Below, in pieces: positions 10,231 through 20,118 of a DNA stretch of 64,000 bases. A model generated the notes under the pieces. That model did no database searches. It worked only from the letters and a program-made list of their open reading frames with translations, and had not been told where the DNA came from. The position numbers and the translations under genes were made by a program. This stretch comes from an uncultured bacterium (GTDB lineage: Bacteria > Chloroflexota > Dormibacteria > Aeolococcales > Aeolococcaceae). Every line of letters starts with the position of its first letter. The stretch's first letter is position 1. The stretch is from assembly GCA_963716555.1 (NCBI GenBank), contig CAVQTJ010000018.1, forward strand, positions 263,530 to 327,529, in the 5' to 3' direction.

Positions 10231-11268
10231 ATGAGCATACCAACGCTCGACCGCCCGACGGAATTGGCGCCTTCCGTCGTCAGTGCGAAGACGATGAAGG
10301 CGGTCGTTCAGGAGAGGTACGGATCGGCCGAGGTCCTGGAGCTGCGCGAGATTGACAGGCCCGCCATTGGTGACCGCGAGGTGCGGATTCGAGTTCGCGC
10401 CGCCGCGGTCAACCCGGGTGACTGGGCGATCATGAACGGCCTGCCATTTATCGCTCGCCCCGCGCCGCTGTACGGGTTGCGCAAGCCGAAGCATGGCGTG
10501 AGAGGCACGGATGTGGCAGGCGAGGTGGAGGCGGTCGGTGCCGGCGTCACTCGGTTTCACCCGGGCGACGAGGTCTTCGGCTGGTCCAAGGGTTCGTTTG
10601 CCGAGTACGCAGCTGCCTCCGAAGATGGGCTGGCGCCGAAGCCGGCCAACCTCACCTTCGAACAGGCTGCTGCGGTTCCCATGGCGGGCTCGGTCGCCCT
10701 CCAGGCGCTTCGCGATCACGCCCATGTCAAGCCCGGGCAGAAGGTCCTGGTCAACGGCGCCTCTGGCGGCATCGGGAGCTTCGCGGTGCAGATCGCGAAA
10801 TCGCTTGGAGCTGAGGTCACCGGGGTGTGCAGCACGGCCAACCTGGACCTGGTCCGTTCGATTGGCGCGGATCACGTGATCGACTACACCCACGAGGACT
10901 TCACTCGCAACGCCGAGCATTACGACGTCATCCTCGACAATGCAGCGACCCTGCCGCTGTCCAGCCTCCGACGCTCGCTCACCCCGACGGGGACGCTCGT
11001 GCCCAACGGCGGCGGGTTCGACCATCGGTGGTTCGCAAGCGGGGGTCGCCTGATCGGCGCGATGGTGTCATTTCGCTTCGTGAGCCAGAGGCTGGGACGG
11101 TTTCTGGTGGCGAAGCATCGCGAGGATCTCATCACCCTCAAGGAGATGATCGAAGCCGGCACGGTCACTCCGGTGATCGGGCGAACCTACACGCTGAGCG
11201 AGACCGCTGAGGCGATGACCTACATGGGAACAGGGCATGCCCGCGGCAAGGTCGTGATCAACATCTGA
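10231..11268 (+). CDS. NAD(P)-dependent medium-chain oxidoreductase (quinone oxidoreductase/alcohol dehydrogenase-like)
   Basis: MKAVVQERYG, VNPGDW, VLVNGASGGIG, GADHVIDY and GHARGKVVI motifs. Confidence 0.92.
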   Translation: MSIPTLDRPTELAPSVVSAKTMKAVVQERYGSAEVLELREIDRPAIGDREVRIRVRAAAVNPGDWAIMNGLPFIARPAPLYGLRKPKHGVRGTDVAGEVEAVGAGVTRFHPGDEVFGWSKGSFAEYAAASEDGLAPKPANLTFEQAAAVPMAGSVALQALRDHAHVKPGQKVLVNGASGGIGSFAVQIAKSLGAEVTGVCSTANLDLVRSIGADHVIDYTHEDFTRNAEHYDVILDNAATLPLSSLRRSLTPTGTLVPNGGGFDHRWFASGGRLIGAMVSFRFVSQRLGRFLVAKHREDLITLKEMIEAGTVTPVIGRTYTLSETAEAMTYMGTGHARGKVVINI

Positions 11269-11306
11269 CCCAGCCACAATGGGCGCAACCGGCGACTGAC
11301 CTGGCA

Positions 11307-12133
11307 TCAAGCCGGCTCAGCCTCAGTTGCCGCGCTCTGCCGCCCTGACGTCGACCGAGGGGTTTCCCGGTCGAGGCGCTGCTGAAGCCGGTTCATCCCC
11401 GCCAGCCAGCGATCCGTCTGCCCGGCCCGAAGTTCATAGTGGGCCTGGACACTGGGGTGAGGGAGGATCAGGAAGCGGTCGTCCCGCAGCCCGCTCACCA
11501 CCGCCTCCGCGACCGCCTCCGGTTCGAGGACCCGTCGTGGGCGACGAGGCGCCCCGTTGGGGTGGAGGGATCGAGCATCCGGGTGTTGACCGCCTGCGGG
11601 CAGATGGCCTGGACGATGACCCCCCGATGGCGATACGAGGCCGACAGCCACTCCGCGAAGGCGACGGCCGCGTGCTTGCTCGCCGAATACGCCGGGCTGC
11701 CCAGGAGGGTCAGCAGCCCCGCCGTGGAGGCGGTGACCACCAGGCGCCCTCCGCCCTCCTCGACCCAGAGGGGGACGAGCTCTCGGGCCGCCCGAACGTG
11801 GGCCATCAGGTTGATCTCCATCGACGACGCCCAGTCGGCCTCGGAGGTCTCCAGGCCGCCGCCGCTCTCGACCCCGGCGTTGGCGAAGTAGATGTCGATC
11901 CGGCCCAGGTGTTCTCGAGCACCGCCGATGAGGGAGCTCACCCCCGCCTCCGAGCCTGCATCCCCGCCGATGGCGTGTCCGCCGATGGCGGCCGCGACGG
12001 CGGCGGCGGCATCGGCGTCGAGGTCGTTGACCACCACCCGGGCGCCCTCCGCCGCCACCCGCGCGGCGATCGCTCTGCCGATGCCACGACCGGCACCGGT
12101 GACGACCACTCCCTTGCCCCGCAGCTGCCTCAC
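11307..12133 (-). CDS. SDR family oxidoreductase; 1-nt frameshift at ~11532
   Basis: TGAGRGIG, ANAG and YSASK motifs; C-terminus (VLEPEAVAEAVV...FLILPHP) is restored by adding one G to a GGG run. Confidence 0.85.
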
Positions 12134-12441
12134 GCCGTGGTTGGGTCTCACAGCGGCATTGTGGCGGCGTCGGCGCGAGCCTGAGCCGATCGCCGTCATC
12201 TCCTTGCGGATCGCCGGCGACCAGGGTGTTGAACTCCGTCGGCGTTGGACGGGAGGCGTTGTTGAGGTGGTCGGGCGGGCGCCCCGGGCGGATCCGACTG
12301 CTCGCAGCACGCCATCAAGATCTTGATGACCGCCCTCCACGACTGTCTTGATCCGCCGGATGGGGTGGTCGGCCGGGATCAGGCTGTCCGGCCGGGGTGG
12401 CGCGGCGAACTATTGGCGAGAATCGGTCGAGGGCGCATCAA

Positions 12442-13038
12442 TCACTCCGGCCACCCGGACGATGAATCTGGGCTGAGCTCGGCGGCACGGTTCAATCCCA
12501 GATCGCGGCTTGACCCGGCAAGTGCCGTCACGATGGTCGGCACCAGCTCTTCCAGCTCCACTCCTAGCTCACCGGTGCCAAGGGTGATGTCCTCGCGGTT
12601 GACGCTGCGCGCGAACGCCCTGTCCTTGAGCTTTTTGCGCACCGAAGCTGCGGAGACCCGGTCGACCTCGCGGTTGGGCTGCACCAGAGCCACGGCGAGG
12701 ACGAAGCCGGTGAGCTCGTCGCAGGCGAAGAGCCAGCGGGCCAGATCGGTGTCGCGGGGCACGTCGCCGTGGGTGGCGTGGCCCTGGATCGCGCGAACCA
12801 CCAACTCCGGGTAGCCGTGTGCCTCAAGAACGGGTCGACCCCAACGGGGGTGGTCGTCGGGGTGGGCCTCGTAATCGAAGTCGTGCAGGAGACCGGTGAT
12901 GCCCCAGAGCTCCTCGTCCTCGCCCCGGCGTCGGGCCACCTCGCGCATCACCGCCTCGACGGCCAGGCCGTGCCGGCGGAGACTGTCGGTCTTGGTGTGC
13001 TCCTGGAGCAGGGCGAGCGCGTCTTCTCGAGCCGGCAC
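12442..13038 (-). CDS. HD/HDIG domain metal-dependent phosphohydrolase
   Basis: SLRRHGLAVEAVMR, GLLHDFDYE, FACDELTGF and FARSVNREDI motifs. Confidence 0.88.
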   Translation of the reverse strand: MPAREDALALLQEHTKTDSLRRHGLAVEAVMREVARRRGEDEELWGITGLLHDFDYEAHPDDHPRWGRPVLEAHGYPELVVRAIQGHATHGDVPRDTDLARWLFACDELTGFVLAVALVQPNREVDRVSAASVRKKLKDRAFARSVNREDITLGTGELGVELEELVPTIVTALAGSSRDLGLNRAAELSPDSSSGWPE

Positions 13039-13214
13039 CGCGTGATGGTGCCATCCGGGAGTGGGCCCCGGCAAGGTGAAGCACTGCGCTGACATTGCAC
13101 ACCGGGGACCAGGCACGCTCCCATTCCGCCCGACGTCCGCACCCCACCCCGCTACGGATCAACGCGATCGGGGGCGCGGTCGACTGAAACCCTGAGGTTG
13201 GGCTCGAACGGCTC

Positions 13215-15413
13215 CTAGGCGTGGGAAGGGGGCGGTTCCGGTCCGGGGGCGGGGACTTCCGCCGCCGGCTGGAGGTGGGCAGCCACCGACTTCGGGCCGA
13301 GGTCCTGCTTGCGGAAGGCGATCCAGAAGCTCACCGAGGCGGCACCGAATCCGAGGAACAGGGCCAGCGTGGTCCAGGAGGGGGCAACGCCGCCTCGGCT
13401 GGCATGGGTCTGGGGCTGGAGGATGACCTCGAGCACGGCCAGGATCACCACCCCGAAGGTGGCGGTCCAGGCCCCCAGGTGCCAGGCCTTGAGCCGGGCC
13501 CCGGGCAGGAAGCGCAGCGGCACCAGGCCCACCACCAGGCCCACCATGCCGCTCAGGAAGAGCGCGGCCAGGAAGTTGTCGAGGAGCGCCCAGACGAAGC
13601 TCGAGGGGTGGGCCTGTGCGGCGCTGGTCACTGGCACCCAGACGAGCCAGGCGGCAATGCTCACTGCCAGGGTGCAGAGCACCGCCACCGCCACCTCGTG
13701 GCCCTCCTCGTGCTTGCTCAACCGGCCTGTGAAGGCGACCCCGCCGATCACCCCATAGAGGTAGCCGGGCTCAAAGGCGGTGAGCCGGGAGATGAGAACG
13801 CAGAGGCCGGCGACCAGAAGCGCTGAGGGCAGGGCGCGGATGTGCCAGTCGCCCACCTTGTGGCGCAGGGCCCGGTAGGCGCCACCGGCCACCCCGGTTA
13901 CCGCCACGCCACACGTGATGGCCAGGGCGGCACCCAGGAAGAGGGCCAGAGAGCGCAGGTTGGGGCCGGCGCCGGGATCGAGCAGGGTGGCCAGGGCGGC
14001 GCCCAGGATCAGCACCAACAGGGCGCTGATCGTGGCCCGCCATCCACCCCCAAGTTTCTGGCCCTGCTCGGTCAGGCGCTTGACCCCGGGGAGATGGGCC
14101 TCCCACCACTTTCGGATCAGCTCCTGGTTCTCGTCGTAGGTGCGGTTGAAGAGCTGGGAGGGGAAGGTGATCAGGAGGATCAGGGCCACCGCGATCAGGG
14201 CGTTGACCAGCGCGCTGGTGGGGGCGGCCAGGAGCTGGGCCGGAGTGGCCAGGGCGGTGGCCACCGAGGAGAGCAGCGAGGCCACAGGGGCGGGGGAGGG
14301 GGCGGGAGCGGGGGTGCCCAGGGTCAGCAGGACGGCCACCCCCCCCTCGCCGCCGGCGGCGATGCAGAAGTCGCGCAGCGGGGTGCAGGCCAGGGCGTTG
14401 ACCAAGCTGGGGACCGCCTGCATCTCATGCCAGGTGGACCCGCTATCACCGGTGGCGGCGATGACCGAACCGCTGAAGGCCTGACCGACGAGGATGCACG
14501 CGTTGCCCTGACAAGCGATCTGCCAGTTGAAGGGGTAGCGGGTCGAGCCAGGCGAGGCCGCCCATGTGGCCCCACCATCGGTGGTGCGATAGGCCACCCC
14601 GGGGCACTGGGTGACCCCCTCACCGCCGCACTGGTTGCCGCCCACCACCCAGCCGTCATTCACCGACTGGAACTCGATGTCGATGGTCTCGCTGTAGTTC
14701 AGACTGCAGAGCCCGAATCCGGTCTGGGTGGGGCAATCGGTGGTCGAGGGCGGCGAGCGGTCGACCCAGCTCGCCCCCAGGTCGGCGCTGAACCAGGCCC
14801 CCGATCCGGCGGCCCAGCAGTGGGTTAGGTCGAGGCAGCGCACGGTGGTGAAGTCGGCGGTGGGGGAGGCCTGTTGCACCCAGGTGGTGCCGCCATCGGT
14901 GGTGCTGAGCACGGTGCTCGCTGCGGCCTGGAGGTTGCTGCCCACCGCCACGCAGGCTGCGGGGGTGGCGCAGCCGATGGAGGTGATCACCGAGGGGTCG
15001 GGGACGGTCTGGCGGGCCCAGGTGCGGCCGCTGTTCCTGGTCGCCAGCATCACCGAGGTGGTGCCGGCGCTTCCGGCCACGTAGCAGTCGCTGGCAGAGG
15101 GGCAGGAGATGGCAAAGTCGGTGACGCCGGCGGTGTCGGGGAGGGACTTCGAGGTCCAGGAGCGGCCGCCGTTGGCGGTGGTGGTGATCACGCCCCCGGT
15201 GCTACCGGTGCCCACCCCGTAGCACTGCGACTCACTGGGGCAGGTGGCATCGTCGTAGGTGGCGCCGGCAGGCAGCTGGTCCTTGGGGACAGCGGTGAAG
15301 TGACCGGAGACCAGGCTAGGCAAGCCCGCGGCGTCCACCACGATGGTGCTCACTCCGACCCCGATGGCGGTCGCGGCGATGACCGCTGCGAGGCGTCGAA
15401 GCAGCCCGGTCAC
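13215..15413 (-). CDS. Exported Cys-rich BNR/Asp-box beta-propeller fused to an FGLLP-motif multi-pass membrane domain
   Basis: Signal-like N-terminus, repeated T.DGG.TW and CP...C.AVG blades, FPSQLFNRT, FEPGYLYG and VGLVPLRFLPG motifs. Confidence 0.8.
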   Translation of the reverse strand: MTGLLRRLAAVIAATAIGVGVSTIVVDAAGLPSLVSGHFTAVPKDQLPAGATYDDATCPSESQCYGVGTGSTGGVITTTANGGRSWTSKSLPDTAGVTDFAISCPSASDCYVAGSAGTTSVMLATRNSGRTWARQTVPDPSVITSIGCATPAACVAVGSNLQAAASTVLSTTDGGTTWVQQASPTADFTTVRCLDLTHCWAAGSGAWFSADLGASWVDRSPPSTTDCPTQTGFGLCSLNYSETIDIEFQSVNDGWVVGGNQCGGEGVTQCPGVAYRTTDGGATWAASPGSTRYPFNWQIACQGNACILVGQAFSGSVIAATGDSGSTWHEMQAVPSLVNALACTPLRDFCIAAGGEGGVAVLLTLGTPAPAPSPAPVASLLSSVATALATPAQLLAAPTSALVNALIAVALILLITFPSQLFNRTYDENQELIRKWWEAHLPGVKRLTEQGQKLGGGWRATISALLVLILGAALATLLDPGAGPNLRSLALFLGAALAITCGVAVTGVAGGAYRALRHKVGDWHIRALPSALLVAGLCVLISRLTAFEPGYLYGVIGGVAFTGRLSKHEEGHEVAVAVLCTLAVSIAAWLVWVPVTSAAQAHPSSFVWALLDNFLAALFLSGMVGLVVGLVPLRFLPGARLKAWHLGAWTATFGVVILAVLEVILQPQTHASRGGVAPSWTTLALFLGFGAASVSFWIAFRKQDLGPKSVAAHLQPAAEVPAPGPEPPPSHA

Positions 15414-15668
15414 GTCCTCAGCCTCCCGGGTTTGGGGCGGGAAGCTGGAAGTGCCAGCATTCGCCAGCCACCCAACGGTGAGCGCGGGGCACTCAGAGCG
15501 ACCATCTTCATCCAGCGTTTTCCTTGCTGCCAGCGGCAACCTGCCCGGCCGTCACCATACCCAATGGGGGGCCGCTTCGCCAAAGCTTCAACCGATCAAG
15601 GGTTTCGAAGGCGAGATATAAGAGCAAACGCCCTAAAGCGCCACAACCCTGGTGTATCAAGGGGAGAT

Positions 15669-15758
15669 TGGCGGAGGGAGAGGGATTCGAACCCCCGAGG
15701 GCTTGGCGGCCCTTGCGGTTTTCAAGACCGCTCCGATCAACCACTCCGGCATCCCTCC
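15669..15758 (-). tRNA. tRNA-Ser (TGA)
   Basis: GGAGGGA acceptor stem, CTTGAAA anticodon loop, long variable arm, GGTTCGAATCC T-arm, encoded CCA. Confidence 0.97.
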
Positions 15759-15794
15759 GCGGGCACCTCACAGTGTCCCACGCGCCCGCGATAC

Positions 15795-16292
15795 TCAGCG
15801 ACTTCGCAGCCCCTCCAGCTGGCTGGCGTGCTCCTCGAGGTGGCCGATCAGGAGCTGCTCGACGATCCGGGAGACGGTCAGGACCCCCAGGGTCGGATGC
15901 AGTCCCCGCGCCTGCCAGCCGCGGGCGGTGACGCTGCGCAGGAAGGCGCGAAGGTCGTTGAGGTCCTCGCGCACGTCGTGCCACAGAGCGGTGGAGCCTC
16001 GGTTGCGGTCGCGCTCGATGGCGGCGATCCGATCGGGGTTCGCCTTGGTCCGGCCGAATGGCACCGGGTCCACCGATTCCGCGGCGAGCACCCTCTCGCA
16101 CTGGGCGATCCAATACGGGATGAACTCCCCCAGGTGCGCCCAGACCTGGCCGGCGTCCCAGCGCTCCCCGGTGCCGGGATCGGCATCGGTGGTGCCCTCC
16201 AGGCGTCGCCGGGCCAGGTCTCGCAGGCGCACCTCGATGGCGGCCAGGCGCCGCTGAAAGTCGACGGCTGGGTCCGGAGATGCGGTGCTCAC
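15795..16292 (-). CDS. DinB/YfiT-like four-helix metalloprotein
   Basis: W.AGQVWAHLGEF..YW, RGLHPTLG and C-terminal GHLEEHA motifs. Confidence 0.75.
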   Translation of the reverse strand: MSTASPDPAVDFQRRLAAIEVRLRDLARRRLEGTTDADPGTGERWDAGQVWAHLGEFIPYWIAQCERVLAAESVDPVPFGRTKANPDRIAAIERDRNRGSTALWHDVREDLNDLRAFLRSVTARGWQARGLHPTLGVLTVSRIVEQLLIGHLEEHASQLEGLRSR

Positions 16293-16421
16293 GCGGGTTG
16301 GGGGAGGTCCCTCCGAAGATGGGATTGCGCCGAAGCCGGAGGCACAACGGTGGCGGAGGCGACGATTTTGCGTCATCCCTCCCTGGCCCCGCCCGATCCG
16401 ACCGTATACTTGCCGTCACCC

Positions 16422-16514
16422 GGGGAGGTGGCTGAGAGGCTGAAAGCGCCCGCCTGCTAAGCGGGTGAGGGGCGTTAAGCTCCTCCGAGGGTTCGAATCC
16501 CTCCCTTCCCGCCA
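16422..16514 (+). tRNA. tRNA-Ser (GCT)
   Basis: GGGGAGG/CCTTCCC acceptor stem, CTGCTAA anticodon loop, long variable arm, GGTTCGAATCC, encoded CCA; TATACT -10 at 16405-16410. Confidence 0.97.
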
Positions 16515-16534
16515 GGCGGCTCCCAGCCCGTCGA

Positions 16535-17731
16535 CTACCCGGCCGGCTGAGCCGCGGCAGCTGTCTCAGCCAGCGCTGACGCGGCGATCTCCAGCGCCCC
16601 CATCTCCACGCTGAAGCAGATCCGGAAGCGCTCGGGCACCCCGAAGGCCACCCCCGGCACCACCACGGTGCGCCGCTCGGCCAGCCCCGCGCAGAAGGCC
16701 ATGGTGTCCTCCCAGGGACTGCGCACCCAGAGGTAGAGACCCCCCTGGCACTCGGACGCGTCGAGGCCGGCGGCACGCACTGCGCCCGCGATCAGGTCCC
16801 GCCTGGCCTGGTAGGGACCGATGTCGCAGCCCCAGTCGGTCATCTTCATCAGGGCCAATTGGGGGGTCGCGGGGGCGTTCACATAGCCGAGGGCCCGCTG
16901 GCAGAGGGCCAGGCCCGCCTCGGCCTCCGCCCCGCTCATGGAGGGGTGGAGCGCCAGGTAGCCGATCCTCTCGCCGGCCACCCCGAGGTCCTTGGAGAAG
17001 GAACGGCAGAGGACGGTGTCGGCATGGTGGGCGTAGGGTTCCACCCGCCGGTGCGGCGGGTAGAGAATCCGGCGGTAGACCTCGTCGACCACCAGCAGCA
17101 CCCGGCGGCCAACCCGCCGGCGGTGCTGATCGAGCAGCGAGGCCAGCCCGGCCATCTCGCTCTCGGTGATCACGTGGCCGCTCGGGTTGCACGGCGTGTT
17201 GAGGATCACGGCGCCGGTCGAGCCGTTGAGCGCCCCGGCCACCGCCTCCAGGTCCAGCTCACCGTCGTCGCCGCCTCGAACCACCCTGAGCCGGTGCCCG
17301 CAGACCGCGCTGTAGAGCCGGAACTCGGAGAAATAGGGGGCCAGAGCGATCACCTCGCTGCCCGGCTCGACGAAGGCCCGCAGGGCCATCGAGATGGCTC
17401 CCGCCGCCCCCACGGTCACCGCGATCGACCGGGCGGTCACTCCGGAGAAGTCGACGTCCTCGGCAATCCGCTCTCGGAGCTCGGGATAGCCGAGGTTGGG
17501 CATGTAGCCGAAGCGCCGCGGCCGCACCTCCGCAGCCGCCGCCTGAAAGGCGAGCCGCACCGACTCCGGCGCCTCCAGCGGCTGGCCCAGCGAGAGATCG
17601 GCGACCGCGCCGGCGCCGTGGATCTCCCGCAGGCGCTGAGCCGCGGCCGCTCCGGCACGCACCCAGCCCCCCGCCTCGACCTCGCCCCGGACCCAGCGGG
17701 TGAGCAGGTCGCTGGAGGCCACCTCGGTCAC
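16535..17731 (-). CDS. PLP-dependent aminotransferase class I/II
   Basis: GYPELRE, NTPCNPSG, DEVY and SFSKDLGVAGERIGY motifs; GTG start overlaps the hmgA stop. Confidence 0.9.
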   Translation of the reverse strand: MTEVASSDLLTRWVRGEVEAGGWVRAGAAAAQRLREIHGAGAVADLSLGQPLEAPESVRLAFQAAAAEVRPRRFGYMPNLGYPELRERIAEDVDFSGVTARSIAVTVGAAGAISMALRAFVEPGSEVIALAPYFSEFRLYSAVCGHRLRVVRGGDDGELDLEAVAGALNGSTGAVILNTPCNPSGHVITESEMAGLASLLDQHRRRVGRRVLLVVDEVYRRILYPPHRRVEPYAHHADTVLCRSFSKDLGVAGERIGYLALHPSMSGAEAEAGLALCQRALGYVNAPATPQLALMKMTDWGCDIGPYQARRDLIAGAVRAAGLDASECQGGLYLWVRSPWEDTMAFCAGLAERRTVVVPGVAFGVPERFRICFSVEMGALEIAASALAETAAAAQPAG

Positions 17732-18909
17732 GCGATCGACTCCGGCCCCCGCATCCCCCCGGTGTGCCATGAGAAGGGATAGCCGGCGTCGACGACCTGG
17801 CGGGCCACCTGGGTGCGGTGCAGGGGCCGGAAGGTGTCCACCATCACCGCCAGTTCGTCGGTCTCCGGGGGGCGCTGCAGCGACGCTTCGAGGGCCCCGG
17901 GCTGGGGTCCGTGGGGCAGACCGCCGACGTGGTGGGTGAAGGATCCGTGCTGGATCCCCCGCCGTGCGGCGTAGTTGCCGTCGACGTAGTACAGGACCTC
18001 GTCGGAGTCGACGTTGGAGTGGTGGTAGGGGAGGAAGACGGCCTCCGGGTCCCAGTCCAGCTTGCGGGGCACGAAGGAGCAGATCACCAGGTTGGGCGCC
18101 TCGAAGGTCTGGTGCATCGGCGGTGGGATGTGGAAGCGTCCCGCCCTGGGCTCGAAGTCGTGGATGTTGAAGGCCACCGGGTACACGGTCCCGTCCCACC
18201 CCACCACGTCGAAGGGGTGGTGGTCCATCGCGTAGCAGGAGATCCGGGCGTCCCGCTTGAGCCAGAGCTGGGCCGGCCCCTCCTCCTGCTCCAGCGCCTC
18301 GGGGCCGCGGAAGTCGCGCTCGCTGAAGGGCGCGAACTCGGTGAGCTGACCGGTTCGAGACCGGTAGCGGCCCGGGCAGTCCACCTCGCCGGCCACCTCC
18401 ATGATCAGCACCCGGGTCTTCTCGAGATGGTCGAACTCGACGCGATAGATGGTCCCTCGAGGGATCACCAGGTAGTCGTGAGGGCCGAAGCGGAGCCGGC
18501 CGAACTGGGTGCGCAGGGTGCCCGACCCCTCATGGACGAAGAGCACGTCGTCGGCCGAGCCGTCCACGAACAGCTCCTTCTGCTGCTGCTGCGGGACCAG
18601 CAGGCCCATCCGGATGTCGTCGTTGACCAGCAGCCACTGGCGGCCGGTGATGGCGTCGCCGTGGGCCTGGATGCGGAAGCCCTGGAGGTGGGCGTGGGCG
18701 TGGACCTGCTCGTTCTCCATGGAGATGTCGTCCTCGACCCCCTCCACGACGTCCTCGGCGGCCTCGGGCAGGTGAAGGTGGTAGAGCAGCGAGGAGGGGC
18801 CGGTGAATCCCTCCCGGCCGAACAGCTCCTCATGCAGGTGGTGCCCGTCCTTCTGGAAGCGCATGTGCCGCTTCCGGGGCACCTCGCCGAGCTTCAGATA
18901 GGGCCGCAC
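17728..18909 (-). CDS. hmgA: Homogentisate 1,2-dioxygenase
   Basis: EELFGREGF, HPFDVVGWDG, HIPPPMHQTF, PYHHSNVDSDE, HGPQPG and ELAVMVDTFRPL motifs. Confidence 0.93.
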   Translation of the reverse strand: MRPYLKLGEVPRKRHMRFQKDGHHLHEELFGREGFTGPSSLLYHLHLPEAAEDVVEGVEDDISMENEQVHAHAHLQGFRIQAHGDAITGRQWLLVNDDIRMGLLVPQQQQKELFVDGSADDVLFVHEGSGTLRTQFGRLRFGPHDYLVIPRGTIYRVEFDHLEKTRVLIMEVAGEVDCPGRYRSRTGQLTEFAPFSERDFRGPEALEQEEGPAQLWLKRDARISCYAMDHHPFDVVGWDGTVYPVAFNIHDFEPRAGRFHIPPPMHQTFEAPNLVICSFVPRKLDWDPEAVFLPYHHSNVDSDEVLYYVDGNYAARRGIQHGSFTHHVGGLPHGPQPGALEASLQRPPETDELAVMVDTFRPLHRTQVARQVVDAGYPFSWHTGGMRGPESIA

Positions 18910-19211
18910 CCGGCAAGGATACAGGCCGGTGCGCGCCCCCTTTTGCGGTGCCGCCGCCGACCCGCGGCGGGTGCGCAAGCGAAGCATCTGGACGGACGGC
19001 TCCGCTCGGAGCATGATGCGTGCTCAGGGAAGCCCGTCCGTGGGTTGTGGGAGGTCCTCTCATGAGGTGTGCCCAGGCTGGTTGCGACCCGCTTCCGGTG
19101 GTGCCGGAGGCTCCCCGTCGCCCACCGCCCTGATCGACCGCCGCCTCGAGCGGCTCATTGCCGAATGGATCCGAGCGCGTTTCCCGCGCCGTGAGAGTGA
19201 GGAGAGAACCT

Positions 19212-19928
19212 ATGCAGAGGACACCAGGAAGCCCAGAGGCGCAACTGCCCGGTCGGCCGGCGGTTACGCCCACCGTGCAGGGGGAGATGGGCCCCGTCGC
19301 CGCGCCGGCCATCGGCGACCCGGCGCCGCTGGGGCTCGCCGGCTTTGGTCTCACCACCCTGATCCTCTCGATCGTCAACGCCGGTTGGTTCAGCAACGGC
19401 GCGATCGTGCAACTGACCTCGTCGACACTCTCGATGGCCGTGGCATACGGGGGCCTGGCCCAGTTCGTGGCCGGCCTCTGGGCCTTCCGTCGGGGCAACA
19501 CCTTCGCCGGCACCGCGTTCTGCAGTTACGGCGCCTTCTGGTTCAGCTTCTACCTGCTCGTTCAGAACTATCTCGTTCCGATGATCACGAACAAGGCGAG
19601 CACGAACGCCACCCTGGGTTGGGTGGGGCTCTACTTGCTCTCCTGGGGCATCTTCACCGCCTACATGACCATCGCGTCGCTCGGGGCGAGCAAGGCTGTC
19701 ACCGTTGTATTTGTCCTGCTGACCCTGACCTTCGTGGTCCTGGCCATCGGTTGGTTCACCGGCAACAACGTTCCCGCCTTCGCCGCCAACGCCGACGGCC
19801 TCATCACCCTCGGTGGCTACGTGGGCATCCTGACCGCCATCGCGGCGCTCTACGCGTCCTTCGCGGACGTCCTCAACGCCAACCTGAAGCGCGTGATACT
19901 TCCCGTCGGAAAGCCGTTCGCCGGCTGA
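19212..19928 (+). CDS. satP: Acetate uptake transporter (SatP/GPR1/FUN34/YaaH family)
   Basis: DPAPLGLAGFGLTT, YGGLAQ and NTFAGTAFCSYGAFW motifs; six TM segments. Confidence 0.88.
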   Translation: MQRTPGSPEAQLPGRPAVTPTVQGEMGPVAAPAIGDPAPLGLAGFGLTTLILSIVNAGWFSNGAIVQLTSSTLSMAVAYGGLAQFVAGLWAFRRGNTFAGTAFCSYGAFWFSFYLLVQNYLVPMITNKASTNATLGWVGLYLLSWGIFTAYMTIASLGASKAVTVVFVLLTLTFVVLAIGWFTGNNVPAFAANADGLITLGGYVGILTAIAALYASFADVLNANLKRVILPVGKPFAG

Positions 19929-20118
19929 TCCGGGCCTCGCCCGGGATTGGGGGCCGGCCGCGCCGGCCCCCCGTCCGTCGGGAGGCGGAGTGGGCGGAGC
20001 CGGCCCCACGCGGCGCAGACCGTAATCAAATCGGGCGTCGCCACGTCTCACTACTGACGCCAGGCCGAGTGCGCGGCCGGAGGGCCTGGCGCGGTGACCC
20101 GCTGAGCCGCTCCTGGAG

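Noticed and set aside
19062-19211. Small ORF upstream of satP
   Set aside because: The SD-ATG frame stops after 23 codons and the protein-like neighbouring frame lacks a start; support is insufficient
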